A stretch of 64,000 nt of DNA, from NCBI RefSeq assembly GCF_009914755.1, contig NC_060927.1; one strand, given 5' to 3'. This DNA is from the human T2T-CHM13v2.0 reference genome, Homo sapiens. The notes beneath the pieces are model-generated. The model was not told the origin of the DNA, ran no database searches, and saw only the letters and a program-made list of their open reading frames with translations. The position numbers were made by a program, and so were the translations under genes. Shown here piece after piece: positions 1-14,696 of this stretch (its first letter is position 1; each line of letters opens with the position of its first letter).

Positions 1-1091
1 TTTCAAGCACCTTTTTTTCTGGTTCAGCTCTTGAAGCCTTCCTTCTTATAAACTTCCTCCAAGTTATTTTTTGTAGCGCTCTGTAAAATATCATTTAAAG
101 TTGGTGTTCATAAGATAACCCTCATGCTATAGAGAGATTTGTATCAAACTAGTCCATATTTCCTTTTGAGAACCAGTGGTCAAGTCCCATGCTCTTATCT
201 GAGAACAAGCCACAATAAATATATAAAACAGCCCTTTCCCACCTGTTTGACCCCTGTAATAATGATAGCAGTCTCTCAGTGACTGCCCTCTGGTTAGTTA
301 CTCATTCCTTAAGACTGAGCTCTTCCAGGACAAGGTCTTTCCATTCTACCTTGTATATTTAATGTATTGTCCAGCATCACACCTGCCATGGTGGTAGATG
401 ATCTCCCAGAAAAGCTGGAAGCAACAAATTTTAATTCCCTTTGTTCTTTATGAGTAAATACAAATTTTTCTCTCTGTGTGTCAAGTTTTCAACATGTAAA
501 AGGGGCATACTTTATCCTAAGATTAGTGATTTGATGTTCAGAAAATAATATTGGAGGGTATAGTATTTAAGAATTAGCTAGTGAAAAGCACTTGTTTTGG
601 TTATTTTCATAGTATCGCCACTATTTTTATAGCAAGAAGTACTTAGAAAACATGTTTTAAATTCAAAATTTAGGTGAATTTTGAATTCAAAAGAAAAGTG
701 GACAAGATTTATCCTGAATATTAGAGATAGTAAGCACTTGGTTTTTAAATGCCATTTAGGAACAGCCTGACAGATTTTATACAAGCAGAAGGTATTTAGG
801 AAATTCTCTGGTTCTCTCAGTTTACAGAGAAGAGCTGAGTGGCAGAGATATTTTATCTGACAAGCTTAAGGTAAAAAAACTTGGTAGAAGTGAACTAGTG
901 CTGGAACCCAGTCTGTCTGTCCCTGGTTCCACACTCTTCTCACTCATACTTTGAAAGATGGCTTTTATACTCTTGACTCCAGATCCCCTCTTTTTTGGAC
1001 ATATTTTACTGACGGAACTCTTAAATTCTGGTGCTGATAAAGGGGTACAATATTCCTAATGTAGTCTGATAAACACACTACAAAGGAACTA

Positions 1092-1569
1092 TAGTAGGCT
1101 GAGGAATGGCCCCCCCCAAAAGATATCCATGTCCTAATCCCCAGAACCTTTGAATGTTACCTTACGTGGCAAAGGGGTCTTGCAAATATGATTAAATTAA
1201 GGCTATTAAAATGAGGAGATTATCCTGGATTTTCTAGGTGGACTCTAACTGTAATCACAAAGGTTCTTATAAGAGAGAGGCAGGAGGATCAGAGTTAGCA
1301 GATGTGATGACAGAAACAAGAGGTTGGGGTTATTTGAAGAAGGGGTCATGCACCAAGGAGTGCAGGGTCCTCCAAAAGATAGAAAAGGCAAATAAATGGA
1401 TCCTCCTTTATAGCCGCTAAAAGGAACCAGCCCTCCCAACACCTTTACTTTAGTACAGTGAAACTGATTTGAGACTTCTGGTTTCAGAACTGTAAGAGAA
1501 TACATTTGCATTGTTTTAAACCACCAAGCTTGTGGTAATTTGTTATAACAGCCATAGGAAATTAACACA
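1092..1569 (+). mobile_element. MLT1-family MaLR solo LTR (MLT1C/D-like)
   Basis: Typical MLT1 motifs: aatggcccccc...gtcctaatccccagaacct-tgaatgttacctta, gagattatcctggat, end ttgtggtaatttgttataacagccataggaaattaacaca. Confidence 0.85.
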
Positions 1570-2077
1570 GGGACCATCAGCTACCTTGATCTGGACATAA
1601 TCTTTCAACACAGTTGAAATATTTCTTAGCTCTTTAAAAAATTATTTTAGCAGATATATTACCTTACTGGTTCAAACTGAGCTTGTGATACAAGAACCCT
1701 TACCAGTCTTCAGAAAAATATTGACTAGGATAAGTCAAGGAGGGTCTTTTCTCCTGACACTAAGAGCTTCCTTCTAAGTTGACATAAAGCAATCAATCTA
1801 ATGATTATTGGTTAATTGATCAGTTGGCTGCAGATCCATCTAATCACATTTGCCCACCTCCTGTCTTATAGTAACTCTTCACTGGTGGTTTGGCAATTGT
1901 ATCTCCAAGTTAATCTACAACAGTAGTTCTAGTTAGAAGCAAAGAGAAGGGTTTCAGTGTCCATTTCTTGAGTGCCAGAGACCTGAACTCATTCAGAAGT
2001 GAGTGCTCTCTTGCTAGACCCCCACCCCACATTTTTTTCTGAGCTTTCTTAACAGAGGTCAGAAAAAAGAAGCATGA

Positions 2078-2421
<344 letters not shown>

Positions 2422-2496
2422 CCTATCCAAACTTTAATAAGACTCTTTTGCCATAGTGTATCATTGCCATTCAGTTACCGCTTACATTCTATAGGA

Positions 2497-2679
2497 TAGT
2501 GCTCCTAAAAGAGTAGTCCTTGGGCCAGCAGCATCAGCATTGCCTAGAAACTTGTTAGACACGTAACTTATTGTGTCTTATTCTAGACCTACTGAATCAG
2601 ATGCTCAGAGGTGGATGTCTGAGTGTGTATATTTTAACAAGCCCTTTAGGTAATTCTAAAGCCTAGCTGAGAACAATTG
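2497..2679. mobile_element. MER5A-like hAT-Charlie DNA transposon
   Basis: ccagcagcatcagcattgcctagaaacttgttaga...agacctactgaatcaga...ttttaacaagccct matches the MER5A core. Confidence 0.8.
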
Positions 2680-2729
2680 TCATAGGACAAATCTGTGAGG
2701 CTCATCAAGGCTAATGAAAAAACACGTTG

Positions 2730-2945
2730 GACTCAGAGTGAGATCACCTGCTAATCTAGGTGTCATGGTGACTCTGTCATTTGCCAGCTATGTGACTTTA
2801 GATTATGTTCTTAGTCTATTTGTCTCATCTGTAAGATGGAAATAATAATAATTAATAATAATAATAAATTGCTTTATGTGAAAAGTTAATGTAGAAGTTA
2901 ACAAGATCATGCATATGAAAACACTTTACAACCTCAGGGTTATTA
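2730..2945 (+). mobile_element. MIR SINE
   Basis: MIR core: ctctgtcatttgccagctatgtgactt...ctcatctgtaagatggaaataataata. Confidence 0.7.
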
Positions 2946-3879
2946 TTGTAGAAGAAACATCAATTTGGATTGCAAGTATCCTAGGACCACATTGTTGGTG
3001 ATATTGCCTTGATATTTCATATTAACTAGGGCTCCCAGGTAGTAATACTGAAAAAAAGTTCAAGAAGCTCCAGATGTCCAATTCTCCAGGCCAAAATAAA
3101 GGCTGGAAGTCTGTAGATGTTTAAAGGGTGTGATGCTGAATGGAGGATCTGCTGGCATTATTAGTCTCTAGAACCAAGTGCTAAATTTCTTGATTTGAAA
3201 GTCTACCTTTCTATTTATCAGGTAGCAGAATTTAGTGACAGCTTTGAATTCTGTATGCCAGTGAAAGTCTATGGCTTGTGGGATTCAGAACCACAATTTT
3301 TTATCAATTTCCAATGACACTCAGTTTTAGTAAAGTGGCCCATGATCTCTTGCATTTCCATACCATATTCTCAAATAAGTAAGAAGCTCCAGGGAGCTCG
3401 CTCAACAATTGATTATGGTCACATATTTTTTCAATAGAAAATATGTATATCCTGGTAGGTGGGAAGGATGGTCCTGATCAGGACTGAGATCTTTTTAGAG
3501 GTTCAAGTCCAAACTCTTAGTAGGTTGAAGGGAACTCAGATGCAACCAGATTAGACACAACTATGATTTTCATGGAAAATCATCAGAATTTTATCCAATC
3601 TCTGAGTAATGAAAATTTGCAGTATTTCTCAACAGCTCTATATATGTGGAGAAAACCACCTCATAAGAGAGCTAACCATGTCTTTTCCTTCTTTCATGAA
3701 ATAATAGTGACGTATGCCTCTTGGCCTGAGGACTCGTCCTTCCTCTGAAGACTAATGTCTGCACGTCACCTTTTGGCAACCCCTCTGTGCCTTGCAGGAC
3801 AGTTGTGTAGCAAAGATTCTGTTTGGGTTGCTGTTTCCTCTGAGCCAGTCACACTGGTGCATCAGGAGATGCAGCTGCA

Positions 3880-4035
3880 CCTTTTAAGAGCTCTGTGTCC
3901 TTAAGCAAGTCATCTGTCCTTTTACATTTCATAGATTTTTCATTTGTAAAATATGAATAATATGTGCCTTACCAATCTTACAAATTGTTCTGAAGATCAA
4001 AATGGATGATGTATCCAAAATGCTTTGTAAACTAA
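3880..4035 (+). mobile_element. MIR SINE fragment
   Basis: tgtgtccttaagcaagtca...catttgtaaaat...ttgttctgaagatcaaaatg...tgctttgtaaact. Confidence 0.65.
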
Positions 4036-6241
4036 GAATCTCATTCGGTTGGTGTTACTGATGTTGTTATTATTTACTCTTTAGCAGGAGAGTAAAGATA
4101 TATACAGACATATTGGGTACGGTAGCTTGAATATTTTTAGACATCTACGTTGTATATGCCTCCAAGGTTTCCCCCTGAACTTACATTAATCCCTTTTTCA
4201 GGTTACAGCTAAGGTGGTAACTAAGGATGTTAATTTCCTTTAGGTCCCTATAGGATCTCTATTTTGATCATGATTAGTTTATACATGAAATAGACACTGC
4301 TGCAGAATTTACAATGTTTCCATTCTGGCCAACTCAACTTTGAACATATTCCCTAAGTAAGAACAAATTCAGTACTATAACACTGAAGAAAACATAGCAT
4401 CCGAAGCTGGTATTGAGGGAGTGAAAATATCTTCAAAGGCTTTTTCTTGATTGCTTAATATAAAAAATCTGCTTAGAAATGTCCACTAGTTCAACAAGCA
4501 TTCCTGAAGGAAATCTGTAACAAAGCTACTGTGCATTAACATTTAAAAGAACAGGAACATGTAGTCTACCTCAAAACAAATTATTATTGCTTGAATTGCC
4601 CAAACTTTGTTAACCAAAATTGAATTTCGCCTAAGTTGAATTCATGTGAAGAGCTCATAATGCATTGTTGTTATTTAGATAGTTGTCATAGTATGTGGTA
4701 CTCAGTAAGTCCTCTAAAATGGAAGGGAAATTAACTACATGGTATAATTTCAACATAAGTCATTAATATAATTGTGCGAAGAATATCTCTGAATATATTG
4801 AACTGCTATTTGAATCTTTAATTGTGCATACAATTCTACCTTTTCTGCTATGCATCCTTAACTAGACTATATGCTCCCTGAGGACAATTCCTGATTTACA
4901 CATCTCCAAATTTCCCGCTGCCTTCAGTACAGTGGTTTACAAGTAGCATTTGCTTTCAAACTATCTGCTGTTTAATTATATTCACTTTTTATTGGCTTTT
5001 CTTGGGGGGCAATTTATGCACATAAAGTGTCCATAGATAAATGCATCATTATCACTGAGGTGAAAGTTGTGATTCTTAATTTTTTTAAAAAAACATATAC
5101 ATTGGGCCACTTATTTTTCCTGTGTGACACTCAATCTAATTATAGAAGTGAATAGAAAAACATGATCTCTTTTAAAAGGCGCACTTTACGTGAAACAATT
5201 TTAGGAATTCAGCTTATGTGTCAAGTACAGTCATTCTGCACAGTGATGGTGATGGGGAGGCTCTATGTACTATGGTTTTGACAGAAAATATTTTAAATTA
5301 AAGCCAGCTACCCATAAAATTACGTAAACATAAATATGCACTCTCCCACAAACACATTTGCACATCTTTAAACTTAGATTAATGCAAAGAAAAGATATAT
5401 TCTTTTGTTCTAGTGGAATACAAATGATAAAGACTAATAAATGAATAAATAAAGCTCTAGGTAACCAAATCAATGTCTGCTCAATTCTGGTCAAGGAGGT
5501 GAAGGGAGGTTTCCCTTTGAGTCAGAGAATGTAGTGGATAAAAAGGACATGAATAGCTGGGGGGATTTCCTGAGGCCATTGTAGACCAGCTCACACACTG
5601 TTAAGAGGCTCATTTTCATGAGACTTTTGGTTGCATTTGTAACACTTGCTCTAGGTCCCCTAGAGCATTGAGTGCCACATCACAGCACTACAATAACAGG
5701 ACTAAATGCAAGAAGGTACATTACAAGGTTCTTTTTCTTTCAGCTCTGAATATCCAGGAGTTTGTAGATGTTCTCAAGACTTTTTTTCCCCTTCGTTTTT
5801 CCTTCTCCCCCAACCCCCACACACTCCCTTCAAATAGAACTAAGTGGAAAGGACTGTTTTGTTTTTAGGTAAAAACCTAAATTCTTGTACTTAAAAAAAA
5901 AAAAGCCAGTTGTAAAATCTGTAATATAATTAATTATTTCCATAGGTAAGAGATATTTTATTTTTTATAAAACCTGGTCTGACTGGTAAGTTTGTTCTAG
6001 ATTAAGGATTTAGCTACAGTTTGGTGAGTGTTTGTTCTCTGTTAGGCTTGGTGCATATTAATTCGTACATATTTTAACATTTCACTACTGTATTAAATTA
6101 TTAATAATTTGAAATCATTAGCTTGTACTGACACCATTTTTCTGAAACAGTACCACCTGTTTCTTCTAAGTTTGGTCCAGAACAAAAGTCTGAAATCTAA
6201 TTTGTCAAGAAAACAAATGTGTAGTTCAGAAAAAGGATAGG

Positions 6242-6562
<321 letters not shown>

Positions 6563-6844
6563 TCACCAAAAGAAGGAGGTCCAAAGTCCAATGTTAGGAT
6601 GATTATGCTCATGACACGGCCATTTAATCTTTAAAACAAATATAAAAGACAGGTATTCCCTGTGGCAGAGCTGAGCTTTACCTCAGGTCTGTGTGACAGA
6701 GTCTCATCTCTTCTCTTATACATCCTCAATCTTCAGACATTTAAGGTCTCTGAGTATCCAGGATTTCCTTTGCGACAATAATTAACAAATACATGTATGT
6801 ACATTTGTGTGTGTGCATTATGTTTTAAGCATATATATATATAT

Positions 6845-6971
6845 GCAGGAAACTCACATCTGGAGTACCAGAGTCTACAGGCCAGGACTAGATACTTAGA
6901 TCTCTAGGGAAGTGATCCAAATATCTAGTTGCAGCTATGTAGATTTCAAGAATGCAGTGAGGGGAGAAAGA
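6845..6971 (+). repeat. Local dispersed duplicate of 8014-8161
   Basis: Direct alignment by eye: 7 substitutions in 127 nt plus one 21-nt indel. Confidence 0.93.
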
Positions 6972-7039
6972 GTATACTTAATATATGAGTACATATACAC
7001 TATATATATCCCATATATGTATGACATATGTAACTAATA

Positions 7040-7215
7040 ATAGTCAACCCTCACTAACACAATGTGCCTAATATTATTGTAAGCACTTCACACCCCGTTA
7101 CTTTGTTCTCATAACATCTAAGGTAGGCATCATTATTATTATCATCTAGTTTTACAGATGAGACAAGCAAGGCACACAACTAATAAGTGGCACAGTCCAA
7201 GTTCCTATCTGTGAT
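7040..7215 (-). mobile_element. MIR SINE
   Basis: aagcacttcaca...aggtaggcatcattattatt...ttttacagatgaga, the reverse MIR core. Confidence 0.65.
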
Positions 7216-7534
7216 CCTGTCTTTTTCATGGACCTTTTCCTATCTGTTGCCTCCATGAGAACATATCTGAACTTTGGCCTATTCTTTTTTAAGACTTTGC
7301 TCCCTCTTAGGAGATAACAAGTAGCAGAACTCACATGTTACCCAGCCAATAGTGTACTTAGCTTGGGAACAAAAGACTAAATTTGTGGAAATTCCTCACA
7401 TTTGTACAAGAGAACGTCCCAAAGCAAGATACTATGGCCTGGAAAATGGAAGAGATAGTTTGGGCAGGTGGATGTTTTGGGTCTCCCAAATCACAACACA
7501 TGTGCAATGCGCAACCATCAATACATAAATCCAA

Positions 7535-8330
7535 TTTAATTCAGTATATATTTAATAAGCACCTGCTGTGAGCAAGGGACTCTGCTAGGACCTAAGCTCT
7601 AGAAAGTAGCTACAAAGATTAGAAGCAATAATCCTAATATTTAGAACATGGGAGAAAAGAAATACCACATAACTAAAACACGATGCAAATAAGTTAATAC
7701 CGTAAAGCGTTGCTAAAAAAAATCTGTAGGTTTCAGTGACTTGAGGAATATCATTTGCTATTCAGCGGTGGACACTGACAAAGTTACCTGAAGCAGGCAG
7801 TGTTTGAGATGGACTTTGGAATGTGGGAAAATTCCAACAATTAGAAATTGGAGAGATAGGTTTTAGGCAAGGGAAACAGAAAGAGTCAAAGCAAGGGATA
7901 GGAAAGCACAAACTGTGTCTGGGGTCAATTTGACTAGCTTCTAGACTACTCAAAGGATAGCAGTAGGAGTTTGAGATGTTGTGGGTGAAACATGTGGAAA
8001 TGTCCATTGAGCAGCAGGAAACCCACATGTGCAGTACCAGAGTCTACAGGCCAGGACTAGATACTTAGATCTCTAGGGAAGTGCTCCAAACATCTAGTTG
8101 AAGCTATGTGGATTTCATGAAACTGTCCACAGATTTCAAGAATGCAGTGAGGAGAGAAAGACAGACAAACTTACATTTTGTGGGCAGATAAAGGGAGGAT
8201 GGATGAAAGATCATTCAGATGAACAGGAGAACCATAAAAACAGACGCTATAGAGTGTAAAGGTGAAGAATGCTTCAAATGCTTCAAGAATTAGAGATAGA
8301 TAGTCAAAACAATCAAATCATAAACAGGAT
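7535..8330 (-). mobile_element. L2 LINE fragment
   Basis: Reverse L2 3' end (attcagtatatatttaataagcacctgctgtg...ctctgctagga) followed by purine-rich L2-like body (gagtttgagatg...gtggaaatgtcca). Confidence 0.6.
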
Positions 8331-9719
8331 ACCTAGGATTGCTGTGAGGAAGAGGTATATTTAAGAGCTAGAGTCTTCATCACTGTACTCATCTTTGAAA
8401 GGACCACCTCTTATTGCTTTCTACCCTTTCCCTAAACTCAAGCATGCATACAATCACACACATAAACAAACATTATTTTTTCCTAGGAAAAATGTTGGCA
8501 TTATTAACTCTGAAGCAAAACTATATCTGGAAGTTTTTAGAGTAGTTAGCAAGATCCAAACTTTATGGTTTGATTTTAATTCAAAAGATAACTGAATTTT
8601 TATATGCAGGTTAATTATTCCTTGGTGGGAATGTGAATTTATTTGTATTTTATTCAGGAAGTATTTTTGAGCATTTCCTAACTCCAAGGTATTGTGCTAA
8701 ACGCTGGGATCAGAAAAATTTCCATAAATGCTTGGATGGCTTTTACCTGGGAGCACTCCTTCCTATGGTTGGCAAAAAGCTGACGCCTTTGTGATGATGA
8801 GTTTCAGTCCTAGCCTCTAAGAGTTTTTGTGGTCATGTTATTAAGTGCAATGTTTATGTGTATTTTTTCTGTTCCAAGATTTTTTTTAAAGTTTTGAATA
8901 TTTTTTTATGTCACCAAAAGGTGCTTTAGAAGAACAAACTAACTCAAAGCCAACACAGAAACTGGTTCTCTTGCTTTGCCAAAGTGGCAGTGTAGCATGT
9001 GGGCAAGTAAGAATACTTTTCTCAAGTATTTAAAACAACTACAGAAATCTTATTCTTCATTGTATTCTCTAAAGAATAAAGGTAAGAAGGAAAATCAGGT
9101 TTTGATAGAGAATTAAAAAATAGCTTTAGCATATGTTCAAACCATTAGGTCAAAAGGGACTAACAAAGCCCTGTAGAAGGGGACCCACAAAAGCTGCCCT
9201 TGGGACTTACTTATTCACTTATTTGTTTATATTTTTTGTATATGTACATATTTTTCTGATACTGCTTTGACACATCACTTTAGCTCTTTTTCTATATGTA
9301 TGAATATTCTTCTCCTACAACATAGGAATCTTGATGTATACATAGTTTAGTAATCTGCATTCATTCTTTCAAGATAAACATTTTTAATCCTACATGGTAT
9401 TCTATTCTAAGGATATACCAGCATAAAATACAATTTAAACAATCACCTATTTTTGGACATTTTGGTTGCATTCTGACTTTTATTCTTTTCAATAATTCTT
9501 TGTCCAGTATCATTGGGCATAGTCTTTGCAATGCTATTATTTAATGAAAAGAAAATTTTGGAAACTTTAACAGGTAATACCACAAGCGAGGAAACTTAAT
9601 ACAACGACCACAAGCAATGAAAGAAAAGTCAAATGCCTCAAGGAGCCAGGGTGGAAGAGCAAATGAGTGAAGTAGGTGTGGCATAAAATATGGGGTGATA
9701 GGGACTTTGTCAAACTGGA

Positions 9720-9997
9720 GAGAACATGGTTTGTCTGAAGTGAGCAGCTGCTACTCAGTTCCAGATATTGGTGCCACATGTGGATGCAGATCTAATGTTG
9801 TCAGATCTCCAATTTTTCAAGAGAAGCAAAAAAAAAAAAAAAAAAAAAAAAAATCTAGTTTTTTTTTGGTGTGAAATCTCTTTAACCTTAAAGGTTGGCT
9901 CAAATTATTTTAAATATTCTGTGGACCAAACATACATTTTAAAAAATTCTATCTGCTAGCTAGATGCAGCTCATAGGCCACTGATTTGTAACTTTCT
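9720..9997. mobile_element. hAT-Charlie non-autonomous element (MER102-like) with an internal A26 run
   Basis: tgttgtcagatctccaatttttcaagagaagc...tgtgaaatctc...tgtggaccaaaca...ggccactgatttgtaactttct. Confidence 0.6.
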
Positions 9998-12900
9998 AAT
10001 TAAAGAAAGGGCAAGACGGTGTTTGGAAATATATTTCTAGGTAGAGAGTTAAGCAAATAAAGTTTTACTTCAAGTTTTCCTAGTCACAAGGAATGTAATG
10101 TGGAGAGACTGAACCTCAATGTGCAAATCTTGAAAGATGGGTAAATACTGCTCCCCACTTAACACCCATGAAGAATTTAATAGAAGAGGGGTCTAAAATG
10201 CTTTTAATTTCACAAAGAAACATGCTTTAATGATATAAAACTCTAACCCAGTGCACTGTATGATGATATCTAATGATAATTTCCCTTCATTTCCCATCTG
10301 AACAAACATTTCCCATTAACATCCACCTGCACTACTTCCTTTCATAAAGAGGAGGTGGTATTTGGCTATGTTCTGGTTCTGATTCATGAGAAATCAGCCC
10401 AAGCCCAACATTTCTGTTCTTAACAGATTTTGGTTTTTAAATCTGTAGAACACAATGTTTCCCTGGGCTGAGTTCTAGCATGCCAAGTTTTGGCTGGCCA
10501 CAGACTTTGACATCTGAGTGAAAAATCTTTCAACAATGGCATTTAAACTGAAGAATCAACAGACCTTTAATTATAACACTGCTTGTAATTCCCTCCCTCT
10601 CTTATCATGATGTTCAAATTGCCTCAAATCACTAACTGCATGGACAGCATGTTATTTCATTTGCCATTGGAAATATCATAATTTTAAAACTTGGGGGCTT
10701 GAGATTGTGCATTAATTTTTGAAAAATCAGTATTACTTATTCACCATAAATTAAAGAGGCATATGGAACGAAGGTCAAAATTACTGATTCATTAGAAATA
10801 AAAAACAAAAACCACTCACCACACAATTTCTCAACTTATCTAAAATGCTCAAGATTTAGATTAAAAACAATATTTCCACTTGGAAATTAAGCATTAAAGA
10901 TATAGAAAAAGGGAGTCTCTTTTTAGTGAGATTTCACTAAATACCTCTGGTATCTCTCCATAAAATGTTAGGTGATCATTTCTTAACAGCTTTTTAAAAA
11001 TGACACAGTCTCAGATTACCCTATGTTTCCCTTATATAATAACAAAAGACACTTTTATACTACTAAAGTACATTAGGAATCCTTTGAAAGTTTCTGTTTT
11101 AGAAACTGATGTTGAAAAAGTACTTAATTTATATTTAACCTGCCTATCTGAATATACTTAGTGGAAAAATTAGGGTTAAAAATGTAAATGTGGAAAATGT
11201 TTATTTCCATGTTTTATAGTAGTTAGTTTTTTATTTGCTTTTAAATATAGATCTTGGTTATATGTGGAAGACAGGCATAATTTCAGCTCCTTTTTCATCT
11301 TGAAGAGAAACCTGGCTCTCAATTTCCAGGAAATATATTTATTTAGACCTAACAATATACCAGAATTTTATGCATTATTTCTAATCTTCATAATAAGTCT
11401 ACAAGTTGGGTGTCATTAATCTGTTACTGATAAGGAAATTGAAACTCAAATAAATTTAATGCTTTTACCAAGGTGATTTAGTTAGTGTCTTTTTGTCCAT
11501 GGATTTTAAGTGGTAGAATTTGCATGCAAACCCAGATATGACTCCAACGGCTCTGCTTTCTCCTTTAGAAGAAAAAAACTCCTTCCTGAAATACTAACAT
11601 CTTTTCTTTGTGTAATTGACCATCCTTTCTTAATACAATTGGTTATCAGAGCTAACATATTCTTAATTATCAGTATTACCTTACGACTCTAAAATTCATC
11701 TTTGTCCAGTGTATAGAATTCACATCCTAAGGTTAGATATAGGAGATTAAGTCTCTGATCTCCTGGAGCAGACCTGGTTTCAAATCTTGTCTTTTATTAT
11801 CCCCATAAATATGCATGTATTTATAAAATTATGTCCTAAGTCTTTGTTCAGAAAATATGTAGTGTCTGACATTATTTTGTGTATAAAATGCTGAAAAGGT
11901 CACATCCAGGAAACTAGTCCTGACCAGCATACAACACTCAAGAAAGGTTCTCCAAGGTAGAATCAGGGGAGAATCCCAATTGAAGTTGTTGAGGGGAGTA
12001 AAGATAATAAATAATATTAACAATAATAACTCCATGCATTGAACTCTTAATATTCTTCATCCTATCTATATATCATATTTAATTTTTACACTACTCCCAT
12101 TTTGCGTGTGAGAAAACAGAGGTTTAGAGATGGTAAATAACTAGTTCAAGGTCACATGACTAGTGGCATTTTACTCCAGAGCTTTGCTTTTTGTACTTTG
12201 CTAAACTCTCTCCCAGAATATGGGAACAAAATCTAAAGAGGTAAATTCAAAGATCAATATTAAGATGATAAATACAAGATGCAGCCAGGAATCAGGAATT
12301 GGAGTGGGAACAGATGAGGAAACAAGGTGGTGGGTCCAGCAGGGTTGCATGGTTGAAGTCAGCAAATGTCTGATATATGGGGGTGTCATGTCACATTGAA
12401 AGTACAGCTACATCAGGGAGGTGGAGCGACTGAGAGAATATGTAGAGGGTGACAGATATAGGACTGCTTGGCTGATTTCATGTTTTTCCTTTACAAATGT
12501 AAATAAAACATTGTGTGTTGGAGGTCAGAGGGCAAAGGAGATATAACTGAGGACTCTACTCAAAAAAACATCTCGCTTCATGTGTCATTAACTGAACAGG
12601 GGAAAGAAACTCAGTTGTCTAACAAGATATTTTTAAAATATTTATTTCTCCAAGAGGGTTAAACCTCATTTACACCTTGGAGTAAATTACTTTAATAAGG
12701 TTACCAGATCACCTAACTGAATGTAACTAAAGTCAAGAAGCTGCAGTTTGAATGGGGAAAGGAAATGGATAACTGTGGAACTGAAGGGTGGGAGAAGGGG
12801 ATGATAGTGACACAAGCAAGGATAAAAAGGATTTCCTTAGGCGAATAGGAGGGCACCAAAGATAATTTTATGAAAAGACAGTTCAGGGCTAAATAAATGT

Positions 12901-13243
12901 AAAGTACTAACATCATCATTATCACTAGTTCTACTCTGCACTTATGTCTAGAATTTTTGTAGTAGCCAGTGTACAGACAAAATCACTAAAATTGGTTGCT
13001 AATTTCTGATTTACAAGCTGAGCAGAATTCCCTACTTAGAGTAACTCCTCAAAACATACTTGTTGAGCAAAATGGGACGTCAAAATTTTGCCTGGAAGTT
13101 GGAAACTTTCAGATTTTCCAAATTCCAACCTGTTTTTACAGTCTAGGTTAATCCAGTCTAACCTATCAAGTTCATCTAACTGGGTCCTCCCTGGGAAAAA
13201 GGAAGAAAGAGGACATAGGAAGTGAATAAAGAATTGATACCTC

Positions 13244-13542
<299 letters not shown>

Positions 13543-14364
13543 GATACCTCACTGCTCTCCTTCCCTTCTGTGTGGCCCAATACAGCATGCTGTTGACCCT
13601 GGGGAAGCTTCAGAATGTATGATCTAGGAAAGCTGAGGCAATGCTGTAATAACAAGAGCTATGTGAAAGGTAAAGTATGAAATGTATGATGGAAACCAAA
13701 CCAAAGAGGGTATGTTAAAGATAAGCCCATTAAGGAAATAGCTCACCTGTTGGACTGGAATCTCAACTGGCTCTTTTATTTCACGCTAAACCTGTGCTGA
13801 GTCTGCACAGAAGGACTTCTGAAATGCTTATATATACAACCTGACAGGTACAATCAGAAACAGTACAAGGACTGCGTGCCTCAACAAGAATAGCCAGAGC
13901 ACTGAAATCAATTGCAGAGCACAGACATACTTCAACTGTGGCTATGCAGACAGTCCCCAGGTATGGCTGGTGAACAGCACGCTTTATGTGTGCTATGTCC
14001 CAGACTTCCTGGCTTTCTTCCCTTCCGTCCTACCCCTTCGGCACACACTACATATCTTTCACATTTTATAAAATCACAGGAGATTTCCAAATTATTGTGT
14101 CTTTCAAATACTTTAAAAATATATTGTCCTCCTAATATAAAGGAGAGAGGTGGAGTATTTAGCTGATGAACTGAATTTGAAAGTAAGTTTGCATTTTTGA
14201 TATATTTCCTTCCTTATGAGTGAGTCATGAAAAATGCATATTTTGTCTAAATATTGATAAAGCTTTAGAATATAAGAGCTGGAGTGAACCTAAGAGGTTT
14301 TGTAGCCCGGCAATTTCCAACCCAGGATGTGTCTCAGAATCACATAGAGAGGTTTCAGATTCCC

Positions 14365-14495
14365 AGCCAGGCACAGTGGAATGTGGCTGTAGTCCTGGTG
14401 ACTGGGAAGGCTGAGGCAGGAGGATCACTGGACCCCCAGAGTTTGAGGCCAGCCTGGGGCAACATGGTGAGACCCCTGTCTCTAAAAAATAAAAA
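14365..14495 (+). mobile_element. FLAM/Alu monomer, apparently nested in a MER5-like element (about 14305-14590)
   Basis: gccaggcacagtgg...ggctgaggcaggaggatcac...gaccctgtctctaaaaaataaaaa; flanks show MER5-like tcagaatcac, cagattcctgggcc, ccaagtgattctaat. Confidence 0.8.
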
Positions 14496-14696
14496 GTAAG
14501 TAGAAAATACAAATCACAGATTCCTGGGCCTTTTCCTTCCCCTGCCTTCCCCAAGTGATTCTAATTCTATGTCAGTTTTGGCTGCTTGCAACCAGTTATG
14601 GAGACCAGGGATCTTGATCAATCTCTTCATCTATCTGATGAGGAATCTGAGACCCAGAGAAGTAAGAGGTACAGTGATTTCTCTAAGGTTACACAG

